A stretch of DNA of 64,000 nt. Origin: a virus. Position numbers and translations under genes: made by a program. Location: positions 5,634 through 69,633 of IMG/VR virus record IMGVR_UViG_3300035670_000167; one strand, 5' to 3'. Position 1 is the first letter of the stretch, and each line of letters opens with the position of its first letter. The notes below the pieces were generated by a model that saw only the letters and a list, made by a program, of their open reading frames with translations, had not been told where the DNA came from and did no database searches. This document shows, in pieces, positions 41,517-50,072 of the stretch.

Positions 41517-42430
41517 TACAGTAAAGTTTTGTTATGATCAACTCTATTCAAATGCATCATCATACAAGATAACATAGCACCTGATTTCATATATTCTGAT
41601 AAGTTGAATATAACAGGTTCCATACCTGCATCAGAACAAATTTTTTCTAATGATGCAATTTTATGTTTTTCACCTTCATAATATTCATGAGATTTTTTCA
41701 TTTCAGAAATATTAGAAGCGCATAAAACCATATTACCCATACGTACTGAATTGGTCATTCCTCCTAAAGCGTCTTCGACATCTACATCTATAATTTCAGT
41801 ATATTTTTCTAATAGTTTAATTTCATTTTCGTCATATAGTTCAGTACAAATTAATGTTTGATCACCATTTAGTGGAAAAATTGAACAATCTAAATGATAC
41901 AAATATTCATCAGTCATAGCAACTTTAATAATATTCATATCAAAATTTTTCTCCATCCACTCGTATGTTTTAATATTTGAACGAATACCATAACCACCTA
42001 TATAAACATTGTCATACAAATATTTAATATCAGCTTCACCTTCCCATTTATAAGGAGAAATATGAGTTTTGTAACCTATTTGGTTAAAAAATTTTTCACC
42101 AACTAATTCTTCACCTTTTCTAGGATCAGAGGTAAAATTAGATAATAAAATGTGATTTTCATTTTTAATGTGAGGTAATTGTAAACCTAAATTAGCTACA
42201 TAAACTTGATCTTGAAAATTACCTTCTGCGGGGAGCAAATAAGTTAAAGTTTGACCAGATACAAAATTGTATAGGTCCATAAATTGTTTATAAGCTTTAG
42301 GTCTGTTAATAGCTAAATCCTCATCTGTAAGTTCTTGCATCCAAATATTATTGGGATCGGATGTAGATAAGGTAAAGGGAAAGTTCATTACAAAACTTTG
42401 GATAGGCAACTGACTTGGGGTTTCTTTCAT
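41516..42430 (-). CDS. Amidinotransferase-fold enzyme, ArgZ/AgrE arginine-dihydrolase-like
   Basis: N.WM, DQVYVAN, RKGEE, EGEAD, GYGIRS, YHLD, LSEYMKSGAMLSC (catalytic Cys). Start set at ATG 42430. Confidence 0.88.
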   Translation of the reverse strand: MKETPSQLPIQSFVMNFPFTLSTSDPNNIWMQELTDEDLAINRPKAYKQFMDLYNFVSGQTLTYLLPAEGNFQDQVYVANLGLQLPHIKNENHILLSNFTSDPRKGEELVGEKFFNQIGYKTHISPYKWEGEADIKYLYDNVYIGGYGIRSNIKTYEWMEKNFDMNIIKVAMTDEYLYHLDCSIFPLNGDQTLICTELYDENEIKLLEKYTEIIDVDVEDALGGMTNSVRMGNMVLCASNISEMKKSHEYYEGEKHKIASLEKICSDAGMEPVIFNLSEYMKSGAMLSCMMMHLNRVDHNKTLL

Positions 42431-42490
42431 TTTTAAAACATTAGTTAAACTTATTATTCTACTATACATATTAGGTAGATACCTATAAGT

Positions 42491-42517
42491 AAAAAAGGCC
42501 TAGAAAACTCTAGGCCT
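42491..42517 (-). terminator. Intrinsic terminator
   Basis: AGGCCTAGA/TCTAGGCCT stem plus U run. Confidence 0.8.
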
Positions 42518-42539
42518 CTCTTTAAAGTATTTTTGAATT

Positions 42540-43178
42540 TTAATAAGTCTTATTTAATGTAAAAATATCACTATAAATATTATTACCATCATTAGTACTA
42601 CCCCATTGAGCAGTTATATCAAGTGTATTAGAGATAGTAGTATTAAATGTTGTATTATTTACAGTATTAAAAGCAAAGCCTTCAATAGTTCCATTACTGG
42701 TTTTTGTATAGTGAAATGCTCCTAATGAAACAATAGATGCTACTCCAGCTGCTCCAATTTGTCTGATGGTGAAATCTATATTTAAAGAAAATATATCATC
42801 TGTAATGTTTGTAATAGCTTGAGTGCCACTATCTAAAAGGATTAGGCTTCCTGCTTTTACTTTAATTCGTATAGTCTGATTATTAGCGGCATTTAAAATT
42901 CCTCCCATTATTGCTCTAAAACTATCTCCAACTTGAAATCCGTTTGCAGGAACACTTAAGGTACCTACTCCACTATCTATTAAAGATAGTTCAGAAGTAG
43001 TACCTGTTATAGGAGTACTATCTGCTGTTTGAGAAAATAAACCATAGTTGTTTCCTGGGATATAATTAATTGAGGTAAGTGTAGTATGTTTTGTTATACC
43101 ATCCTGAACAATGGCAAATAGTTCAGCTCCTGTTAAGGCATTAGCTGTAGGTAATTGGGAAATAGGTAAATTAGGCAT
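42540..43178 (-). CDS. Putative head fibre/decoration protein
   Basis: N-terminal PISQLP.A..LTG.E...IVQ.G.T motif typical of phage fibre proteins. Thr/Ser-rich beta domain. Confidence 0.6.
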   Translation of the reverse strand: MPNLPISQLPTANALTGAELFAIVQDGITKHTTLTSINYIPGNNYGLFSQTADSTPITGTTSELSLIDSGVGTLSVPANGFQVGDSFRAIMGGILNAANNQTIRIKVKAGSLILLDSGTQAITNITDDIFSLNIDFTIRQIGAAGVASIVSLGAFHYTKTSNGTIEGFAFNTVNNTTFNTTISNTLDITAQWGSTNDGNNIYSDIFTLNKTY

Positions 43179-43182
43179 AATG

Positions 43183-43458
43183 TTATACTGTTACATAAAT
43201 AAAAGATCCATCTTCTTGTAAGATAGAATAATAATCTAAGTATTCATCGCTATTAATGTAAGATTCTTCTTGAGCTAAAAAACCAACAATATTAGAATGA
43301 GGTGCTTTATTTTGAGTACTTATCCAATTTTGTCTTGCTTCACTTAATTGAAACAAATATTGGTTATAATAATTAACTTGTTCTTGAAGAGGTAATTGAT
43401 AAATATGCGACAATTGAGTAAATTGAGGCCAAGTTATTTCTTCAAAAATATTAAACAT
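43183..43458 (-). CDS. Small virion-associated protein
   Basis: Ends in ILQEDGSFIYV. N-terminus shares a motif with the DUF285 protein. Variant late motif ATATGTATA upstream. Confidence 0.65.
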   Translation of the reverse strand: MFNIFEEITWPQFTQLSHIYQLPLQEQVNYYNQYLFQLSEARQNWISTQNKAPHSNIVGFLAQEESYINSDEYLDYYSILQEDGSFIYVTV

Positions 43459-43481
43459 AAAGATTATTTATTATACATATG

Positions 43482-43508
43482 AAAAAAAGCCCCGCTTTCG
43501 CGGGGCTT
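43482..43508 (-). terminator. Intrinsic terminator after major capsid gene
   Basis: AAGCCCCGC-GAAA-GCGGGGCTT followed by a U run. Confidence 0.92.
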
Positions 43509-43540
43509 CCTTTCGAAAATTAATCCTAAGTTACTTCAGA

Positions 43541-45313
43541 TTAGATGGTGTTTAAACCATTGATGTAAATCTTACCGTAGAATTCAGGACGTAACATCTT
43601 CTTAGCGTAACGAGTCAAGAGACCTTTACGTGGAGTAAATGTATCTGGATCGTACACTAGAGGAGTCATAATTAATGGAATGTATGGAGCGAATACAGCA
43701 CCTGTTTCCAAGAACTGAGAACCTCTATAACCCATAAGGATTAAGTTTTCAGTCATGTAAGGGTTTTTGTAAACTTTGTAACGACCATTAACTGAACCAA
43801 CTTTCTGTACACCGAAAGCGTATTCCATTTGATCAGCTTCACCGTTATTAGTAGAAGCAAATCCTGGGATTGACTCAAGGATAGTAGCGATTGTTGGAGA
43901 AGTTACTAAGAAGTTAGCACCTCCACGTAAAGTCAACTGGTGGATTTTGTTAGATACTTTTTGGATTTTAGTACCTAATGTTTGGAACCACTGACCTTGT
44001 GTGTTGTAGAACGCTTGTGTTGTTGCAGCAGCAGCAAATGTATCAGATGCTGGGTTGTAAACTGTGTTGTTTACAGCTGACCAATATTCAGTAGCAGCAG
44101 CAGCATCTTCAATCAACATATCTAAGATTTCAAGGTCAATTTCCATTGAAATGTACTCAGACATGATGTTTGTTAATTCAGCTTCAGCATCGATGTTTTG
44201 GTAAGCAGCTAAATCTTGTGCAAATTCAGGTGTCCATACTGCCTTCAATTTCTTGGTTTTAGCAGTGATGGCTTGAGATTGCATTCTTACGTTAATCTCA
44301 GGGATAACGATGTCAGTAGCTGACGCAGCGTTAGGAACTGCAAAAGCACCTTCAGCTTCGAAATCACCACGACCTGATTGGTTACCACCGATAGCAGATG
44401 TTTGGTTGTTACCTGAAGTTACGTTAATACCATCTTGGTTACCTGATTTTTCGTAGAATACAGTTACTGCTGAACCTGAGTTAGGGATACTAGCAAAGTT
44501 AGATGAACCAGTAAAGAAGAAAGCAATTGTACCAGCTGTGTAGTTGTAATTTGTAAAAGCAGGTAATAAAGTAGTTGCATTAAACAATGAACCTGTAGTT
44601 AATACAAAACCACGTGTTGCGTCTTGATCAAATGAAGGAATTGTTGAAGAACTAATCGTAAATTTGTAAATTTGACCAGCAGCTACAGAAGCTGAATAAG
44701 TAGAATCGAAATTTAATTCAGCCCAAGAAGCAGATACGATTGAACCTGTACCTGTTGTTGCATTTGGTGCAACACCTGTTAAAGATGAAGTTAAATTTGC
44801 AGATGCTGTAAATTGGTTAGTTGCGTAAGTGAAACGACCCTCAGGACCACCATATAAACCACCTTCAGCAGCTGGAGTAGAGAATGGGAATTGAGAAGCT
44901 GTGTTTCTGTTACCATATAAAGATGAACCAGCAGTGAAAGGTGTCTTATTATTACCATATTGGAAATCTAAGAAGAACACAAGACCTGAAGGCATGTTCA
45001 TTGGTTGAACTGAAACGAATTCTTTAGCTACGATAGTACCGAATACTTTACGTACTAAAGGAAGAGCAATACCAGCCCAGTTCTCACCTTGTCCACCTGA
45101 AGTGAATGATGAGTTTGAAGAGATAGTATTGGTTTCAGTTACTAATTGTTTAGCTTGGTTTTCTAACAAGATAGACATGTTATTTTTATCAAGCTCGGTA
45201 AGACCTTCAAGAAGACCGGTTTTGGTCCACTTTCCAGCCAATCTTGCAGCGTCGCTTTGAAGTGACTTCCATGAGCCAGCTGCGCTTTCGAGTAATTGTT
45301 GTACTTGTGACAT
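43541..45313 (-). CDS. Major capsid protein (T4 gp23-like)
   Basis: LLENQ, LPLVR, VQPM..PSGLVF, AKTKKLKAVWTPEFAQDL, EIDLEI, APYIPL, F.PRKGLLTRY. Confidence 0.97.
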   Translation of the reverse strand: MSQVQQLLESAAGSWKSLQSDAARLAGKWTKTGLLEGLTELDKNNMSILLENQAKQLVTETNTISSNSSFTSGGQGENWAGIALPLVRKVFGTIVAKEFVSVQPMNMPSGLVFFLDFQYGNNKTPFTAGSSLYGNRNTASQFPFSTPAAEGGLYGGPEGRFTYATNQFTASANLTSSLTGVAPNATTGTGSIVSASWAELNFDSTYSASVAAGQIYKFTISSSTIPSFDQDATRGFVLTTGSLFNATTLLPAFTNYNYTAGTIAFFFTGSSNFASIPNSGSAVTVFYEKSGNQDGINVTSGNNQTSAIGGNQSGRGDFEAEGAFAVPNAASATDIVIPEINVRMQSQAITAKTKKLKAVWTPEFAQDLAAYQNIDAEAELTNIMSEYISMEIDLEILDMLIEDAAAATEYWSAVNNTVYNPASDTFAAAATTQAFYNTQGQWFQTLGTKIQKVSNKIHQLTLRGGANFLVTSPTIATILESIPGFASTNNGEADQMEYAFGVQKVGSVNGRYKVYKNPYMTENLILMGYRGSQFLETGAVFAPYIPLIMTPLVYDPDTFTPRKGLLTRYAKKMLRPEFYGKIYINGLNTI

Positions 45314-45347
45314 TGTTTTTGTTTTGTTTTTTAAATTTGGTTTTAAA

Positions 45348-46595
45348 TTATTTTTTAATACCGGCTAACATTTGCCATCTAGCAAATTGATCGTTAACTT
45401 CTAGAATTGGAGATTTTGTTGGAGCAATACCAGCAGCTTTAGAAGCACCACCAATCATTGATTCAGTTACAGAAGATTTTCTTTCTTTAACTTCAGTTGA
45501 CAATGTTTCGTATACTAATTTAGCTTCTTTTACAGTAGTTGCTTTATCAAAAGCTTCCAATACTTTTGACTTTTGACTTTCAGTTAAATTCTTAGCTTTA
45601 AAGATTTTATTAACGTAAAGAAGTTTTGAATTTAAAAGATTGATTTCGTTAAGTTCTGATTTTAACTCTTCCATTTCTTTTTTCATTTCGTCAACTTCAA
45701 CTTCTGCCATAGCTCCTACTTTTTTACCTTTAACAAGGTCTTTAACACCTCTGATTTTATCTTCAGCATAAGCAGCTATAATAGACATTAAAGGAACACC
45801 AATAGTACCTGCAATAGCAGCTAAAATAGCTTGTGTATCTGAAATGTTCATTGCACCGATGTCATAAATTTCTTTGACTCTCTTTTTGTAGTCTTCAACG
45901 CCTTCTTCTTCAGCAGTGTCTTTTTTGTCACCACGTTTAGCAGCAGGAACGTCTCCTTTATTACCACCGTACTTTTTTCTTTCCATTAACTCAGTTTCTT
46001 CTTCATCTTCGATTTCAACTTCGTCATCTTCTTCTTCACCTTCTACGTTACCCTCTAGCTCGCCAGCGGATACCATATCAGCGATTACTGATTCGATAAA
46101 TGATTTTAGGTCATCTTCAGACATATTTTCAAGATCGATTTCTTCATCTTCTTCTTCAGTCTCTACTTCTTCTTCTTCAGCTACATTGCCGTGAGCAGTA
46201 GGGCCTTTAGGGTCGTTGATCAAGTCATCTTCACCTTCCATCATGTCTTCTTTTTTTCCTTCTTCCATATCATCGAGTTCTCTTAAAAGTTCATCAAGGT
46301 CCATTTCGTCAAGTTCTTTACCTTCTTCCATTTCATCTGCTTCATCCATTGTTTCAGCTTCATCCATTTCTTTGGCTTCGTCCATATCGAAATTTTCCTT
46401 CATTTCCTTTTCGTCTTTTTTAGCTTCTTCGATTTCGGCTTCATCCATATCGTCCATTTCAGAAAGCTTTGCAGCTAACTTTTCTCTTAGATAAGGGGTG
46501 AAAGCTTCTTCCAAAGCAGCTTTTGCATTTGCAATAGCAGTTTCTTTAACAGCTTTTGCATCAGCGATTGCTTCTTTTAGCAGATCTCTGTTCAT
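45348..46595 (-). CDS. Prohead core scaffold protein (gp22-like)
   Basis: Highly acidic coiled coil between protease and MCP, LLKEAIADAK...NLLNSKLLY. Start set at ATG 46595. Confidence 0.85.
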   Translation of the reverse strand: MNRDLLKEAIADAKAVKETAIANAKAALEEAFTPYLREKLAAKLSEMDDMDEAEIEEAKKDEKEMKENFDMDEAKEMDEAETMDEADEMEEGKELDEMDLDELLRELDDMEEGKKEDMMEGEDDLINDPKGPTAHGNVAEEEEVETEEEDEEIDLENMSEDDLKSFIESVIADMVSAGELEGNVEGEEEDDEVEIEDEEETELMERKKYGGNKGDVPAAKRGDKKDTAEEEGVEDYKKRVKEIYDIGAMNISDTQAILAAIAGTIGVPLMSIIAAYAEDKIRGVKDLVKGKKVGAMAEVEVDEMKKEMEELKSELNEINLLNSKLLYVNKIFKAKNLTESQKSKVLEAFDKATTVKEAKLVYETLSTEVKERKSSVTESMIGGASKAAGIAPTKSPILEVNDQFARWQMLAGIKK

Positions 46596-46744
46596 ACTTT
46601 TTGTCCTCAAATTAAATGTTGGAAATACGCTTATTGGTAACGATTGTCGAAGCGTAATAAAATTTATTAGCGTGATGCGATATAAGAAAATCGCATATTA
46701 CGAATATACATATATGGGGATTCTTTAAAGTCGCCTGTTGCATT

Positions 46745-46786
46745 AAAAAAAGACCCGCAAGCAGTTCTTATGGTATGCTTACGGGT
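46745..46786 (-). terminator. Intrinsic terminator after prohead protease
   Basis: ACCCGUAAGCA/UGCUUGCGGGU stem followed by U7. Confidence 0.75.
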
Positions 46787-46814
46787 ACATTTATTGCCTA
46801 AGGTAGCAGGCGTC

Positions 46815-47420
46815 TTAGAGAATGGGGCAAGTCCCATTAGCGCAAAGTATTTCTGTTAATATAGAATTTACTTTTGCAAATTTATTTTCGGGAAGATTTT
46901 CTTTACCTTCTTTTACCAAATGCATATATGAACCTGGGTTTGAAGGGGTGGAAACGAAATCCCAACATAATAATTCGAAATCGTCTTGTACTTCTAGAGT
47001 TTCACCAATTTGTTTTAATGAACCCATTCCACGAGATGATACGCCTACTGTTACGTTATTTTCAATTAATGCTTTTAAAATATTACCAGATACTGTAGGT
47101 AAAATTTCTAATTTACCTATTACTTTATCTCCATCCCACCAAATATCTCTGATGATATGAGATACATTTTTAAGGTTAATAATTGAAGATTCAGGGTGAT
47201 CTAATTCACCTGTTGCTCTATTTTCTTTAACAACATCTTGATATTTAGAAATTTCTCTTTCCCACAATTCTTTTGGATAATATCTTCCATTCCCGTTTTT
47301 AACTTCGGCAGTAGCAAGTATCCCTTCAACTAAAGGATTACCAGAAGGTGCTTTTAAACCTTCAATTAGTTGTATGGGGGCAACTGAAAACGGGATAGTT
47401 TCAATTAATACTTGTTTCAT
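46815..47420 (-). CDS. Prohead core protease (gp21-like)
   Basis: NGNGRYYP, GELDHP, VSH, GVSSRGMGS, DFVSTPS. Confidence 0.95.
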   Translation of the reverse strand: MKQVLIETIPFSVAPIQLIEGLKAPSGNPLVEGILATAEVKNGNGRYYPKELWEREISKYQDVVKENRATGELDHPESSIINLKNVSHIIRDIWWDGDKVIGKLEILPTVSGNILKALIENNVTVGVSSRGMGSLKQIGETLEVQDDFELLCWDFVSTPSNPGSYMHLVKEGKENLPENKFAKVNSILTEILCANGTCPIL

Positions 47421-47426
47421 GATTTG

Positions 47427-48035
47427 TTATTTGTCTAAATCGCCGTAGCCACTTGATTTATATTTTCCTTTTGGTGCTTTAGGTTCGCCACCACCAACAA
47501 AATCTTTAGTGTATCCAATACCTTTAACACCAAATGAAGCATTTGTATGGTAATAATTAATATCTTTAGCCATGTTTTTAGCAACAATAGCTTTTAATTC
47601 ATCAACTGTTTTTTTAGCATTTTTAGGATCAGCCATTTCGGTTAAATAACCTAACAAAAATGATTGACCATAAAGGTTATCAATATTTTTAGGATCATTA
47701 TTATCGAATTGATGATCTAAAGCTGCTTGAACATCTTTATCAATTTTTTCGAATGAGTTTTGGTCACCGTATTCTTTTTTATCTTTAACACCTACTGCTT
47801 CTTCAATTTTTTCATTGAAAATTTTAAACCAGTTAGGTTGGGCTTTAGATTGAGTAACAATACCACCTATAGCTTCACTTAAAAGACTTTTACTTTTTAA
47901 AATATTTACAGCAGCATTAAAATCATTACCATGAGCAATATATTCAGGAAACATATTTCTAGCCATTTTAAGGAAATGGTCTTTATTACCTTTTCCTTCT
48001 TTTATAAGTTGATATTCTTGTTGTAAGGTTTTCAT
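47427..48035 (-). CDS. Putative internal head protein
   Basis: N-terminal MKTLQQEYQLIKE resembles a capsid-targeting/cleavage sequence. Lies in the head module. Confidence 0.6.
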   Translation of the reverse strand: MKTLQQEYQLIKEGKGNKDHFLKMARNMFPEYIAHGNDFNAAVNILKSKSLLSEAIGGIVTQSKAQPNWFKIFNEKIEEAVGVKDKKEYGDQNSFEKIDKDVQAALDHQFDNNDPKNIDNLYGQSFLLGYLTEMADPKNAKKTVDELKAIVAKNMAKDINYYHTNASFGVKGIGYTKDFVGGGEPKAPKGKYKSSGYGDLDK

Positions 48036-48047
48036 CTGTTATAAATA

Positions 48048-48329
48048 TTATGTGTATAAAATTACGGGTGCACTACCTGCAGCTAAACTACAAGAAGTTA
48101 TAAATAAAGGAATAGTAGCTCCTGCAGGAATGGTGAATGATACACCAGTTGCTTCTATAATTGCTTGATTTGCTTGTAATCCGTTCCCGTACTTAAATGC
48201 AGAAATTGTTGATCCGGTTGGTGAAGCTGCCGATCCAGTTCCCAAGGAAATTATTCCAGCAAAAGATCCAGTAACTGAATTTCCTGCTGTTAAAAGTACT
48301 CCACCAAAATTTATTGGTATATTTGCCAT
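48048..48329 (-). CDS. Small Gly/Ala/Ser-rich structural protein
   Basis: 93-aa beta-rich ORF in the head module. Confidence 0.6.
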   Translation of the reverse strand: MANIPINFGGVLLTAGNSVTGSFAGIISLGTGSAASPTGSTISAFKYGNGLQANQAIIEATGVSFTIPAGATIPLFITSCSLAAGSAPVILYT

Positions 48330-48330
48330 A

Positions 48331-49188
48331 TTATTGTTTTTTAAATAAGTCTATTAAATCGTTTAAATAATCATTTGCTAAATCTGTTCCATAAACAACA
48401 GAAAATGAATTTGGATTTTCTCTGTAGTAATCCATTGTATCATGTTTTGCTGCTTGTAATAAAGGAATTAAAGCATTTAATTTTTTTTCTAAAGTATCAA
48501 ATCCTTCTAATCTATCTGTTATAAATTTTCTTTTATCAGGATCTGTAATGTTAATGCCATTAAGAAAATCTTCAACATCTGTTGCTTCCATTACTCGTTT
48601 AACTTCAATACCTTTAGCTTTTTTATTTAATTCTTTTTGATTAACTAATTTGTATTTAAAGTCTTTAACATAAACATTATCTTTAACACCTTCAGGACCT
48701 GCTTTAGGACCAGGACCAAATGTTGCTCCAGGACCTTCATTTACTTTTTTCCATCCAGCTTGCGTATAAGCGCCATATGTTGATTTGCGAGGAGATGGAC
48801 CTGTATGATTTTCACCTTCTCCACCCGAAATAAATCCTGAGTTTGAGGATATGGTATTATCTTCTGCTATCATTTTAATTCTAGCATATTCTTCAGGATA
48901 ATTTTTTCGAACATGAGTACGTAACTCATTAAATATTTTAGTTAATTCTTGCTGGAGTTTTAACATTGTAGAATCTGAACGGAGGGCTTTGTTTCTAACT
49001 AAAGAATCCATAAATTCTTTAGATTTTTTTAAATTTCTAAATACTGAAGTAAAATCGGGAGTGTCTTCAATATCCCAAGTAATTCTACCTGTTTCAGGAT
49101 CAATATCAGTAACTGTAGATTTTGTACCTTTACTGTACTCTACATCACCAATTTTTAATTCCTTTAATTTATATTTAAACTTATCCAT
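48331..49188 (-). CDS. Hypothetical head-module protein
   Basis: Long ORF with several hydrophobic-x-E sites. Start set at ATG 49188. Confidence 0.7.
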   Translation of the reverse strand: MDKFKYKLKELKIGDVEYSKGTKSTVTDIDPETGRITWDIEDTPDFTSVFRNLKKSKEFMDSLVRNKALRSDSTMLKLQQELTKIFNELRTHVRKNYPEEYARIKMIAEDNTISSNSGFISGGEGENHTGPSPRKSTYGAYTQAGWKKVNEGPGATFGPGPKAGPEGVKDNVYVKDFKYKLVNQKELNKKAKGIEVKRVMEATDVEDFLNGINITDPDKRKFITDRLEGFDTLEKKLNALIPLLQAAKHDTMDYYRENPNSFSVVYGTDLANDYLNDLIDLFKKQ

Positions 49189-50038
49189 TTGATTTAACAA
49201 GTTCTTCTAATAATGAAAAATATTGTAACAAATTAATTAATTCATTATCACCAACATTAGATACTTTTCTTAAAGGTGATAACATATTATTAACTTCTGT
49301 TATTTTAATTTGAATAGCTTTATCTTTAATATTAGGAGTAAGTTTAGTTAATTCTTCTTTAATTTGTTGAATTTTATTATTATAAAATTCTTTTAATTTT
49401 GGAGTTGAATCAACTGAATTGATGAATTCTTTTAAAACTTCTTTTTGGTAATTATTCAAGGTAGCATATTTACCATTGAATTTTTCTAACATTACTTTGT
49501 AAGTTAAAATACGTAAATCTTTATCGTATGATTGAAATTCTGTCATTAAATCATCTTCTACTTTTTGTTTATCAACAATACGTGTTGTTAAACTTTCTAA
49601 AATAGCAATTTTATTGTTGATTATTTGATCAGGATTTGATAAATTTTCACTATTATAAATCTCAACTAATGTATATAAAGCAGCATGTATTTTATAATTT
49701 GGTAATTTTGTTTTAAAGAACTCATCTAAATTATAATATTCAGATATTTCTTTAATCAAATTATATTTTTGTCTTTTTAAAGCACCTCTGTTTAAATTTT
49801 TAGAGGATTCAATAACTGAATTAATTACAACTTCTGCTTTGCTTTCTGTAATATTTTTATGCTTGGATAGAGTTTCATACAATTTGTATTCTCTTCCTAA
49901 TTCTGTTTTAACAAAATATTTTTTTAGAATATTGGTTGCTTTTGAATCTTTTCCTGACAAAGTATCTGAAGTAATTTGTCTTACTAAAAGTTCAAACAGA
50001 ATTCCAGTATTCTTGTACTTAGAATGTTTTATATTCAT
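49181..50038 (-). CDS. Conserved protein downstream of portal
   Basis: KHSKYKNTGILFELLVRQ N-terminus, helical. Own late motif. Confidence 0.75.
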   Translation of the reverse strand: MNIKHSKYKNTGILFELLVRQITSDTLSGKDSKATNILKKYFVKTELGREYKLYETLSKHKNITESKAEVVINSVIESSKNLNRGALKRQKYNLIKEISEYYNLDEFFKTKLPNYKIHAALYTLVEIYNSENLSNPDQIINNKIAILESLTTRIVDKQKVEDDLMTEFQSYDKDLRILTYKVMLEKFNGKYATLNNYQKEVLKEFINSVDSTPKLKEFYNNKIQQIKEELTKLTPNIKDKAIQIKITEVNNMLSPLRKVSNVGDNELINLLQYFSLLEELVKSNG

Positions 50039-50072
50039 CCCTATAGGTTTTATTATAAATATATAAAGATTT

